DNA of 64,000 nucleotides. Source: Ignavibacteriota bacterium (GTDB lineage: Bacteria; Bacteroidota; Ignavibacteria; UBA10030). The DNA lies in NCBI GenBank assembly GCA_963701295.1, contig OY969585.1, positions 3,072,001-3,136,000 of the forward strand, read 5' to 3'. The notes below the pieces were generated by a model. The model made no database searches. It saw only the letters and a list, made by a program, of their open reading frames with translations, and was not told where the DNA came from. This document shows, piece after piece, positions 43,124 through 52,875 of the stretch. Each line of letters starts with the position of its first letter. The first letter of the stretch is position 1. A program made the position numbers and the translations under genes.

Positions 43124-46100
43124 CTATTCAGTGAAATTGAATGTAAATTTTAAGCCAAAGAAAATTTGTCTTGGATTAAGGAACCAGAACGTGGAAGCAT
43201 TCGGCATGTTAATATATGCCTTGTCCTTATTAATCTGGTCTATCCTTGTCTGATCAACTTGCATCCAAGAATTAACTCCTCCTTGATTCACAACCACCTG
43301 CCAGTATTTGCCAGTCGAAGCCTCATAATATATTGCACGATAATCACTCGGAGGTGTCGTCCCTTGGACTTTGTTTTGATACATCTCTGGCTGCCAATCA
43401 ACACCCGGTGTACGATAGACTCCCACTTTATCACCTCCGGGGATGTTATCATACGCATCATTCTTTGGTAGGTGGAGCGATGACATATACCCTTGATCAT
43501 TTGTATTGTACAATTGTAATGTATTCAGAACATTATTGATATCCATAAATAATTGCAGTCTGAATTTTCCAATAACTACGGTTTTATCAAGCCGTAAGGC
43601 AGTGTTATAAAAATCAACTGCCTGAACGTTATACGCTATTGATGCAACATTTTTAGGATTCCATGTTGTCCAATAGCCATCCTGCCAGTCGAGCGTTGTA
43701 TTAAGGGTCCATCCACCGAGAATTTTATGCCCGAATACTAACGGTCCCCAGTCTTCCGGCGTCATTAAGCTGATGTTGACTCTGGCGTACGGCTGAGGAA
43801 TTGGACGATCCTGATAAAGGTTCACAGTTGCGTCATTAAATGCATTCTGTTCTGCAGGATCGTCGAAGATCTTCGAGCTGCCAAAATGCCCTGTGGTGTT
43901 TACCTGATAGGTGTAATTTGCAAACCCAACTAACCAGCGCCCAGCCGTTTTACGGAAAGTAAGTTCAAATCCGCGTGTATCCTGATAATTGTTGGAAGTA
44001 GATTTTGTATAATCAAATCCAGCAATAGTTGAAACATACTCCGTGAAATCCTGCTGGTCGGAAATATCATTATAGTACGCCGCTATTTGCAAGAGGTAGT
44101 CTCCGAATAAAATTTGATCAAAACCTAACTCATAGGAAATCGTTTTAGCCAAAAGAAGATCGGGATAACCAAAACTTGTCATCGCATGTTGATCATTCCG
44201 TTGAACACGGAAGAGACTTTCGTATTGAGGTGTTTCTCGGAAATGACCGTAATTGAAAAACAGCTTGGAATCTTCCGTAATTGGATGTGCGATACCCAGG
44301 CGCGGGCTCCATTGCCATTGCGGTTTAAATTTCTCCTTTGTAAAATCCTTCGTTGGATCGAAAGAAGAGGAGAAGAAGCTCGGATCAAATTCATTCATAT
44401 CCCACCAAGCAGTTCGCGGATCATAGTAATCGAGACGTAATCCAATGTTTGCGGTAAATTCTTTAGTCTCCAGTTTATCTTGAACGTATACAGCACCTGT
44501 TATCGGATAGACTTCCATCTGAACACGACTCGAATACAATTTGCCATCGGAGCCAGATGTTATTGTTCCGTAATCGAAGTTCAGGTCATTGTAGGTAAAC
44601 TCAACTCCTGATTTTATTAAATTCTGAAAATTAACTTGACTTGTTATATCGGCTTTAAATGTTGTCGAATTGACAACAGTCCAATCGCGGGCCTTAGCAA
44701 CATGCATACCATAGCCTATTAATACTGAGTTACCACTTTGAAATGGCCAGTAACCAAATGGATTCGAGTCCTCGTAGAAATCAGGAACTATTTCATATTT
44801 TTTTGATGTATCTCGATAAGCGCCGGGTTCGGTGTCATAGTTTCTTCTGAAACTCTCGATAGAAGCTTCATAGAAGGTACTCGGACTGATGATCTGTGTC
44901 AATTTTCCGGACAACGAACGCTCTCCAATGGTAGATGGGCTGAGGTTATAATCGGAAAATACCATGATGAGATCCGAGGGGGCATTGATTCCGTTAATTT
45001 CACTAGCGATGTCACTTGGATAACGCGGATAGAAATATGTTCCCGTTGCATCCCAATTATGTCTCATTGTATATTTTTTCCCAAACATACTTGACAGCCG
45101 TAATTTCATCGAGGGGGTTATATCAGAAATCATCTGAAGGGTCCAATCATAATCGTTGTAATCAGGTCGTGTCAAGGGGAATAATAATTCCTCATGGGTG
45201 CTTCGATACGAACCGAAGAATCGCAAATCTCCTAGCATCTTGCTTACAAAAGGAACCGGACCACCAAACCCAGCATCAATATCATAATCGGGCTGGTCAT
45301 TGGGTTGAACCTTTCTTGTCTCATATTCGAAAGCACGTTGAGCACCCAACGGTGTCAAATCATTGGTCGGGTCATTATCCGAGCAAAGTATTTGTGAAAC
45401 AGCGTTCCATCCCATAAAGGATGGATATTTTGTTTGTGTATAAGAGTCCCAAGCACCATTTTGCGTCCCCGTCCAGCAAACCGCTGGATCGAAAAAAGGA
45501 CGCAAGATATAAGAATTAGGATCTTGAAGGTCCAGAATTCCATCTCCACGCCAGTACTTCGGTGCTGGTGGACTATAACGGGTCTGGAAACTACCATAGT
45601 AACCATTCTTGGCACCTTCTCTTGTGGTAACGTTGATGACACCCGATCGAACCTGACCATATTCTGCGTTGAATCCGCCTCGCTCTACAGAGATGTCCTG
45701 CACGGCACTCAAAGCTACGCCAGTCGATGGGTCATTGTTTCTCGGATCACGCATAGTAACACCATCTACCAAGAAGAGGATATTATCACCTCCGCCACCG
45801 CGGATACTCAATCCGCTCAAAATACTAACAGATCCGCGGGTGTAGTTAGATTCAAATGCCGGTTGCGCTGCATATCCTAAACTGCCGGCCCAGCCCCCGC
45901 GAACACCGGCCTGCAAACCGATGGCAGTTTCAACATTACTCGCAGGTAGTGCTTCGATTTCTTTATCAGACATCGATGCAACGCTCGTGGCAACATCTGG
46001 CTTAATAGTTTTTCTTTCAGCTAAAACAACGACTTCTTGTGTATTTATTGTTTGCTGTCCTAATATAGCATCTACATGAGCAGTCTGATCTATATATACG

Positions 46101-46378
46101 CGGACATCATTAATTTTTACCGTTTCATATCCGACGAATGAGATTTGAATCTTATACGTACCTGGTGCGACATATAATATGGAATACTGGCCATTAACAT
46201 CTGCTGCTGCACCTAATGATGTCCCAACAACAATAATATTAGATCCGATCAGAGGCTCTCCCGTAGCTTTATCGGTTATCGTGCCGGCGATTTTTCCCGT
46301 CGTGCCCGACCAGAGCAGGGATACAGATACCATTGTCAGCAGGAGAATCAGTACTATCCCATTCTTCATTTGTTTCAT
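43124..46378 (-). CDS. TonB-dependent transporter (cassette 2)
   Basis: Paralog of 33337-36531, with GTTGKIAGTITDKATGEPL, GGFNAEYGQVRSG, YVQDKLE, WSPRLGIAHPIT and NPRQIFFGL. Confidence 0.88.
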   Translation of the reverse strand: MKQMKNGIVLILLLTMVSVSLLWSGTTGKIAGTITDKATGEPLIGSNIIVVGTSLGAAADVNGQYSILYVAPGTYKIQISFVGYETVKINDVRVYIDQTAHVDAILGQQTINTQEVVVLAERKTIKPDVATSVASMSDKEIEALPASNVETAIGLQAGVRGGWAGSLGYAAQPAFESNYTRGSVSILSGLSIRGGGGDNILFLVDGVTMRDPRNNDPSTGVALSAVQDISVERGGFNAEYGQVRSGVINVTTREGAKNGYYGSFQTRYSPPAPKYWRGDGILDLQDPNSYILRPFFDPAVCWTGTQNGAWDSYTQTKYPSFMGWNAVSQILCSDNDPTNDLTPLGAQRAFEYETRKVQPNDQPDYDIDAGFGGPVPFVSKMLGDLRFFGSYRSTHEELLFPLTRPDYNDYDWTLQMISDITPSMKLRLSSMFGKKYTMRHNWDATGTYFYPRYPSDIASEINGINAPSDLIMVFSDYNLSPSTIGERSLSGKLTQIISPSTFYEASIESFRRNYDTEPGAYRDTSKKYEIVPDFYEDSNPFGYWPFQSGNSVLIGYGMHVAKARDWTVVNSTTFKADITSQVNFQNLIKSGVEFTYNDLNFDYGTITSGSDGKLYSSRVQMEVYPITGAVYVQDKLETKEFTANIGLRLDYYDPRTAWWDMNEFDPSFFSSSFDPTKDFTKEKFKPQWQWSPRLGIAHPITEDSKLFFNYGHFRETPQYESLFRVQRNDQHAMTSFGYPDLLLAKTISYELGFDQILFGDYLLQIAAYYNDISDQQDFTEYVSTIAGFDYTKSTSNNYQDTRGFELTFRKTAGRWLVGFANYTYQVNTTGHFGSSKIFDDPAEQNAFNDATVNLYQDRPIPQPYARVNISLMTPEDWGPLVFGHKILGGWTLNTTLDWQDGYWTTWNPKNVASIAYNVQAVDFYNTALRLDKTVVIGKFRLQLFMDINNVLNTLQLYNTNDQGYMSSLHLPKNDAYDNIPGGDKVGVYRTPGVDWQPEMYQNKVQGTTPPSDYRAIYYEASTGKYWQVVVNQGGVNSWMQVDQTRIDQINKDKAYINMPNASTFWFLNPRQIFFGLKFTFNFTE

Positions 46379-46891
46379 ATTCTATTTCTCCTTCCAGTTT
46401 AGTAAACTACTATCGCCTGAAGGTGGAGCTTTTTCTCCAAATCTAAAAGCGAAGCAATTCTACAATGAGAGCGAATTATACTTGACGCCGATTCTTTAAA
46501 GACTGATTAAATAACAACAGATAATTAAGAAGAGGTATTAAAAATTTTCCGATAAAAAGTCTCCATTGATATTCATATTTTTCACGTTTATTTTTTGTTA
46601 CGGATACTCAAGTAAGAAATTTTTCTCATGAAAAAGCCACTCTTTGATTATTGCAAACGATCATCTTGTCTTATTTTGACGGCTACTTTATAATACTTTT
46701 TTTTTTAAAATGCAACAATAATCACAAGAACTTTTGCGCTAAAGACAAGAGAAATCCTCTGTTCTTGAACCACAAGTAGATTGGCATCTATCCATCATTT
46801 ATAATTTTCTCACAAACGTAAGCCATCGAGAAAATATCTAAACTGCGTGTCAACAGAGCGATTACAAATTTTAAAACTTTATTTCGATTTC

Positions 46892-46982
46892 TTGACTTTA
46901 AAAAATATTTGAACTAAATTCACTGATTGAAAATTGATTGAATTGTTTCAATGGAAAATAAATAGTATTCTTTAAAAGTCAA
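46892..46982. promoter_or_regulatory. Face-to-face sigma70 promoters with central LacI-type operator (copy 2)
   Basis: Plus strand TTGACT(46892)-N17-TAAATT towards lacI. Minus strand TTGACT(46982)-N16-TATTTT towards the transporter. Palindrome ATTGAA-TTGT-TTCAAT at 46937-46952. Confidence 0.68.
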
Positions 46983-47025
46983 GTTTTTTTTGAAGTGTCT
47001 ATCCATCAGTTTTAGAGGACCACTA

Positions 47026-48054
47026 GTGAAAAAAGTTACTATTAGTGATGTAGCCAAACGAGCCAAAGTCTCAATAGGTACAGTGTCCGCCGTGATTAAT
47101 GAAAAAAATACTGTCAAACCGGAGACAAGAAAAGCTGTTCTGAGCGCAATAAAAGGACTGAATTACCGACCACATGGAAGCGCTCGAAATTTGAAAAATA
47201 CGGATATTTCTTCTAACAGTATCGGATTACTCATTCGCGAATTAGACAATCCGTTCTATATGGCGATTGCAAAGGGGGTTTTAGAATACGCCAAAAGCAA
47301 AGGATATCTAGTCATCATCGCTAGTTCAGAAGGCGATCACTCGTTTGAGGAAAAAATTATTCAAGGGTTCTCAGGCAAAGATATAAAAGGTGCTATTATT
47401 GCACCGGTCTTAGAAGGAACAGCTGAAATTGAACACTTGTTCAGCTTAAAGATGCTTAATTTTCCATTTGTCCTTTTGGAAAATGTCAAAGGCATCCAAG
47501 CAAATGTAGTGAGTATAGACAACATCAAAGCAATGAAAGATGCGATGAAATATTTATTCAACAATGGTCATTCAAGAATCATTCATTTTTCCGGCCCGAA
47601 ACACGCTTCTCATACGTATGAAAGAATTGACGGCTTCCGTCAGGCATATAGTGAAAGTCATTTTGCCTTCAATAGCGATATGATTATTTCGACCGGAGCT
47701 CACCTCGAAGATGGCTATAAAACATGTCTTGAATATTTTCACAAGAGAAGTCGCGATGATTTCCCGACGGCCATTGTTTGTTACAATGATCTTGTTGCTC
47801 TTGGTGTTATATCGGCTCTGACTGAAATGAAAATCAAGATACCGGATGAAATTTCTATTGTGGGTAATGACGATATTCCATTTGCAAGACACGTTCCCGT
47901 GCAATTAACAACGATTCGTGCTCCGATGTTTGAGCTGGGCAGAAAGGCAACTGAGATCCTATTTAGAAATATCGAATCATCTAAGCCTTTACAAGTTGAA
48001 AATGTTGTGTTTGGAGCTGAGTTTATAGTGAGACAATCGACAAAAGCCTTATAA
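47026..48054 (+). CDS. LacI/GalR-family transcriptional regulator
   Basis: GTG start. HTH KVTISDVAKRAKVSIGTVSAVIN, LNYRPH...AR, and sugar-binding motifs AIVCYNDLVALG, ISIVGNDD and LTTIR. Confidence 0.93.
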   Translation: MKKVTISDVAKRAKVSIGTVSAVINEKNTVKPETRKAVLSAIKGLNYRPHGSARNLKNTDISSNSIGLLIRELDNPFYMAIAKGVLEYAKSKGYLVIIASSEGDHSFEEKIIQGFSGKDIKGAIIAPVLEGTAEIEHLFSLKMLNFPFVLLENVKGIQANVVSIDNIKAMKDAMKYLFNNGHSRIIHFSGPKHASHTYERIDGFRQAYSESHFAFNSDMIISTGAHLEDGYKTCLEYFHKRSRDDFPTAIVCYNDLVALGVISALTEMKIKIPDEISIVGNDDIPFARHVPVQLTTIRAPMFELGRKATEILFRNIESSKPLQVENVVFGAEFIVRQSTKAL

Positions 48055-48237
48055 TCAATCCGCTCTAACCAACGCAAAGATAATGAATAAACAGCGAGTT
48101 AGATGTAATGTAGTCTTCAAGAAATCATGAACCTGAGCGATCCAATAGAGTGTATGAGTCCTTGATTTAATTTATCACAAGCGAAACACACTAGTATAAT
48201 TATATTTATAAATCATCTCGAAAAGGATGTATCGTCG

Positions 48238-49740
48238 ATGGACATGTTCACTCTCGGTTTTGATATTGGTAGTTCATCGGTAAAAGCAGCTCTTCTCAAC
48301 CTTGAAACGGGTAAGAGTGAAGCCAGCGCCTTCTCTCCTAAGTACGAAATGCCGATTACGGCTCTTCGTGCCGGTTGGGCAGAGCAGGATCCGAATATAT
48401 GGTGGGAAAATTTAAAACTCGCGACATCGGAAATTCTTTCGGCATCTCATATCAAGCGTGATCAAATCATTGCCATCGGAATCTCTTACCAGATGCACGG
48501 ACTCGTGCTTGTTGATAAGAACAAGCAGCTACTTCGTTCCTCTATTATATGGTGCGATAGTAGAGCTGTAGAGATTGGACGAAAGGCTTTTATGGCAATT
48601 GGTGCTGAGAAATGCCTCAGTTCGCTTCTAAACTCTCCCGGAAATTTCACCGCCTCTAAATTGTACTGGGTAAAAGAAAATGAGCCTGACTTGTACAAGA
48701 GAATTGACAAGTTTATGCTGCCGGGTGATTATATTTCTATGCGGTTAACTGGTGAAGCTGTAACGACTCTTTCCGGTTTATCCGAGGGAATTCTCTGGGA
48801 TTTCAAATCGGACTCGATCGCATCTTTCTTGCTGAAAGAATATGGTATCGAAACTGATTTGATTCCTCCACTCACGCCAACGTTTGGAGAACAAGGCCGC
48901 CTCTGCCGGATCGCATCACAAGAACTGGGTTTGCAAGAAGGAATTCCTATTACTTACCGAGCCGGCGACCAACCCAATAATGCACTCTCATTGAACGTGA
49001 TGGAACCCGGTGAAATTGCAGCAACTGCGGGAACATCAGGTGTCGTGTACGGCATAAGTGAGACACCCAAGTATGATCCGTTATCACGTGTAAATTCATT
49101 TGCTCATGTGAACTACGCTTCCAACATACACCGCATTGGAGTGTTGCTTTGTATTAACGGAACCGGTATCGCGAATAGCTGGATTCGTCGCATTATGGGT
49201 CAACAATCAATGAAGTACTCTCAGCTGGATGAAATGGCATCACATGTTCCCATAGGATCCGATGGTCTCTTTTTTCTACCTTTTGGAAATGGTGCAGAAC
49301 GGATGTTGGAGAATCGTAACATTGGTGCTCATTTTATCAATTTGCAATTTAACATGCATTCACAAGCTCATCTTATTCGCGGGATACAGGAAGGAATTGC
49401 GTTTGCTTTCAACTATGGAATTGAGATCATGCACGGAATGGACGTACAATCATCAGTGATTCGCGCCGGTCTTGCCAATCTATTTCTCGGCCCGATCTTT
49501 TCTGAAACTCTAGCACAAACAGCCAACGTGACCATCGAACTGTACAATACAGATGGCGCTCAGGGTGCTGCACGAGGTGCTGCGTTAGGTGCGAAGTATT
49601 TCGCCTCTCGAAAGGAAGCATTCAAGGGACTTGAACGTCTGAAAATTATAGAACCGCAACAATCGCAGAAATCTAAATATCAAGAACTCTATCAACGCTG
49701 GTATTCCGCTTTAAATCGCATTCTTCAATCTAAAGGATAA
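48238..49740 (+). CDS. xylB: Xylulokinase (FGGY family)
   Basis: [53 protein letters not shown] and GAARGAA. Adjacent to xylA. Confidence 0.9.
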   Translation: MDMFTLGFDIGSSSVKAALLNLETGKSEASAFSPKYEMPITALRAGWAEQDPNIWWENLKLATSEILSASHIKRDQIIAIGISYQMHGLVLVDKNKQLLRSSIIWCDSRAVEIGRKAFMAIGAEKCLSSLLNSPGNFTASKLYWVKENEPDLYKRIDKFMLPGDYISMRLTGEAVTTLSGLSEGILWDFKSDSIASFLLKEYGIETDLIPPLTPTFGEQGRLCRIASQELGLQEGIPITYRAGDQPNNALSLNVMEPGEIAATAGTSGVVYGISETPKYDPLSRVNSFAHVNYASNIHRIGVLLCINGTGIANSWIRRIMGQQSMKYSQLDEMASHVPIGSDGLFFLPFGNGAERMLENRNIGAHFINLQFNMHSQAHLIRGIQEGIAFAFNYGIEIMHGMDVQSSVIRAGLANLFLGPIFSETLAQTANVTIELYNTDGAQGAARGAALGAKYFASRKEAFKGLERLKIIEPQQSQKSKYQELYQRWYSALNRILQSKG

Positions 49741-49744
49741 ATCC

Positions 49745-51079
49745 ATGAGCACAAACGTAACACTTGGCAGCAAAGAATATTTTCCACAAATCAAAAAAAT
49801 TCCTTTTGAGGGGCCAGAATCAAAAAATCCCTTTGCATTCAAATATTATGACGAAACCAAAATAGTAGCAGGCAAAACAATGAAAGATCACTTCCGTTTT
49901 GCAATGGCATACTGGCACACACTCTGTGGAACTGGTGGAGATCCATTTGGTCCAGGCACAAAGAATTTTCCCTGGTTTGAAGGCAATGATATTTTAAGTC
50001 GTGGAAAAAACAAAATGGACGCAGCTTTTGAGTTTGTTACAAAAATTGGTATTCCGTACTATTGTTTCCATGATATAGATTTAATTGACGAGGGCGACAG
50101 TATTGCTGAATATGAAAAGAACCTAAACGCAATTGTCGACTATGCAAAAGAAAAGCAAAATGCATCAGGAGTAAAACTTCTTTGGGGAACAGCGAATGTT
50201 TTTTCAAATCCGCGTTATATGAACGGTGCTTCCACTAATCCTGATTTTCATGCGCTATGCTTTGCAGGCACACAGGTAAAAAACGCCATTGACGCTACCA
50301 TTAAATTAGGAGGCGAAGGTTATGTGTTCTGGGGCGGCCGCGAAGGTTACATGAGTCTTTTGAACACCAACATGAAACGTGAACTTGAACATCTCGGCAG
50401 GTTCCTGACTCTTGCCCGTGATTATGGACGTAAACAAGGCTTCAAGGGTTGTTTTTATATTGAACCCAAACCCATGGAACCAACCAAACATCAATATGAT
50501 TTTGACGCAGCGACAGTTATTTCTTTCTTAAAACAATATGGTTTGGAAAAAGATTTCAAGTTGAATATTGAAATCAACCATGCAACGCTTGCAGGACATA
50601 CCTTCCAGCATGATCTCCAGGTTGCAGCTGATGCTGGTATGCTTGGCAGTATCGATGCCAATCGTGGTGATTACCAAAACGGCTGGGATACTGACCAGTT
50701 TCCTATTAATATTTACGAATTGGTTGAAGCTATGCTTGTCATTGTTGAAGCAGGCGGATTTAAAACAGGTGGAATCAATTTTGATGCTAAAACACGCCGC
50801 AATTCTACTGATTTGGAAGATATTTTCATAGCTCACATTGCAGGTATGGATGCGTTTACACGTGCTTTTCTAGTAACAAATGATGTACTTACCAAATCTC
50901 CCTATAAGAAAATGCGCGCTGAACGCTATGCTTCTTTTGACAGTGGTAAGGGAGCCGAATATGAAAAAGGCAAACTTACACTTGAAGATCTGCGTGATTT
51001 GGCAATTAGAAATGGAGAACCGAAACAAATCAGCGGCAAACAGGAATTGTTTGAGACATTTATAAATGATTATATTTAA
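49745..51079 (+). CDS. xylA: Xylose isomerase (class II)
   Basis: [60 protein letters not shown] and [11 protein letters not shown]. Confidence 0.97.
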   Translation: MSTNVTLGSKEYFPQIKKIPFEGPESKNPFAFKYYDETKIVAGKTMKDHFRFAMAYWHTLCGTGGDPFGPGTKNFPWFEGNDILSRGKNKMDAAFEFVTKIGIPYYCFHDIDLIDEGDSIAEYEKNLNAIVDYAKEKQNASGVKLLWGTANVFSNPRYMNGASTNPDFHALCFAGTQVKNAIDATIKLGGEGYVFWGGREGYMSLLNTNMKRELEHLGRFLTLARDYGRKQGFKGCFYIEPKPMEPTKHQYDFDAATVISFLKQYGLEKDFKLNIEINHATLAGHTFQHDLQVAADAGMLGSIDANRGDYQNGWDTDQFPINIYELVEAMLVIVEAGGFKTGGINFDAKTRRNSTDLEDIFIAHIAGMDAFTRAFLVTNDVLTKSPYKKMRAERYASFDSGKGAEYEKGKLTLEDLRDLAIRNGEPKQISGKQELFETFINDYI

Positions 51080-51162
51080 TCTGTTCGAAAGTCACAAAGT
51101 CCAAAATGCAGAAAATAAACTTCAGAACAATTCTATAACTCAGTACTAAGAAAGGATCTCGC

Positions 51163-52788
51163 ATGGAAATTCTTGGGTTTATCGATTGGGTTGTTGTAGG
51201 CCTCTATTTTCTTCTCATCGGCGGCATTTCAGTATGGTCGATCAGACGAAAGAAAGACTCCCCCACTGACTACTTCTTAGCTAATCGCAATCTTGGTTGG
51301 TTTGTCATTGGAGCTTCTATTCTTGCATCCAATGTCGGTTCGGAACATATTGTCGGCCTCGCCGGTACCGGCGCTAAATCTGGTTTGGTTATGGGACATT
51401 ACGAACTCCATTCATGGATTGTTCTTATGCTCGGATGGGTGTTCGTGCCATTCTATATGCGCAGTCAAGTATTTACTATGCCGGAATTCTTGGAACGTAG
51501 ATACAATGAAAAAACACGCTGGCTGCTCTCTATTGTACAAATGCTGAGTTATGTGATTGCGAAGGTTTCTGTGACAATCTTCGCGGGCGCCGTTGTATTC
51601 GAATCTTTTTTGGGAGTAGATTTTTGGACGGGTGCCATAGTTCTCATTGTCATTACTGGAATTTATACGATCTTTGGCGGACTTCATGCAGTAATGTACA
51701 CAGAAGCCCTGCAGGCAATTATTCTTTTGGGCGGTTCCATCATTCTGACCATATCCGGCCTTATTCAAGTTGGCGGATGGAACAGTCTTGTGCACTCAGT
51801 AACATCTGATCACCTAAATATGTTCCGCCCATTATCGGATCCGGATTTTCCATGGCTTGGAATTCTCTTTGCTTCTCCCATCGTTGGTATCTGGTATTGG
51901 TGTACAGACCAGCATATTGTGCAACGGTGCCTTGCCGGGCGCGATGAACAACAAGCACGGAGAGGAACAATTTTTGCTGCATATTTAAAACTCCTTCCTT
52001 TTTTTATATTTATGATTCCTGGATTGATAGCATATGCATTAGTAAACAGCGGCAAAATTCAGCTTGCAGATTCCAACCAGGCATTTCCTACGTTGGTAAA
52101 GGCTTTACTACCCGTAGGAGTGCGCGGCATTCTTGCAGGTGGTATTCTTGCAGCACTTATGAGCTCTCTCGCTTCAGTATATAATGCTTGCTCAACATTG
52201 TTCACATTGGATATTTATAAAAAAATTAAACCACAGACCACTGATAAAGAATTAGTCAAAGTAGGACGTATAACCACTGCTGTTGTCGTCGTTTTGGGAA
52301 TGGTATGGATTCCGATGATGAAAGGAATTTCCCCCGTTCTCTATCAATATCTGCAGAGTGTTCAATCATATCTTGCTCCGCCCATCGCATCCGTTTTTCT
52401 GCTCGGCGTGTTTTTCAAACGGATCAACGGTACGGGCGCTTTAACAACGATGATTGTCGGATTCATCATCGGCCTTCTTCGTATCTTTCTTGAACTCATC
52501 AAGAGTCACCTTAGTGGCTTCCTCTATGCATTTGCAACTATTAACTTTCTTTATTTCTGTATTCTCCTTTTCGTTTTTTCTGTGTGTCTCTTAATCGTCG
52601 TAAGTCTTCTCACCGCCAAACCGTCTGAGATACAATTGAACGGACTAACGTATGCAACAACAGTTGCAGCAGACAAGACAAAATCTCGCGCTAGCTGGAA
52701 TATGACGGATCTTGTTCTCTCATTGATTATTCTCGTCTTCATCGTGGCTGTGTTTATTTATTTCTCGCCTTTTGGCATAGTTGGGTAA
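51163..52788 (+). CDS. Sodium:solute symporter (SGLT-like sugar transporter)
   Basis: DYFLANR, ASNVGSEH, TMPEFLERRY, GGLHAVMYTE, WYWCTDQHIVQR and LAALMSSLAS. Many transmembrane segments. Confidence 0.92.
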   Translation: MEILGFIDWVVVGLYFLLIGGISVWSIRRKKDSPTDYFLANRNLGWFVIGASILASNVGSEHIVGLAGTGAKSGLVMGHYELHSWIVLMLGWVFVPFYMRSQVFTMPEFLERRYNEKTRWLLSIVQMLSYVIAKVSVTIFAGAVVFESFLGVDFWTGAIVLIVITGIYTIFGGLHAVMYTEALQAIILLGGSIILTISGLIQVGGWNSLVHSVTSDHLNMFRPLSDPDFPWLGILFASPIVGIWYWCTDQHIVQRCLAGRDEQQARRGTIFAAYLKLLPFFIFMIPGLIAYALVNSGKIQLADSNQAFPTLVKALLPVGVRGILAGGILAALMSSLASVYNACSTLFTLDIYKKIKPQTTDKELVKVGRITTAVVVVLGMVWIPMMKGISPVLYQYLQSVQSYLAPPIASVFLLGVFFKRINGTGALTTMIVGFIIGLLRIFLELIKSHLSGFLYAFATINFLYFCILLFVFSVCLLIVVSLLTAKPSEIQLNGLTYATTVAADKTKSRASWNMTDLVLSLIILVFIVAVFIYFSPFGIVG

Positions 52789-52812
52789 TTGTGGATTGTT
52801 TTTTTCTATGTA

Positions 52813-52858
52813 ATATCTGACCGAAGTTGGTTCAACTTCGGTCAGATATATTTTATTC
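52813..52858 (+). terminator. Strong hairpin (terminator or RNA stability element) after the symporter
   Basis: Perfect stem ATATCTGACCGAAGTTG/CAACTTCGGTCAGATAT followed by ATTTTATT. Confidence 0.72.
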
Positions 52859-52875
52859 ATTAACTTCATGATATC

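Noticed and set aside
48055-48237. Promoter or LacI operator upstream of xylB
   Set aside because: TATAAT is present at 48195-48200, but I found no convincing -35 at proper spacing and no copy of the operator palindrome.
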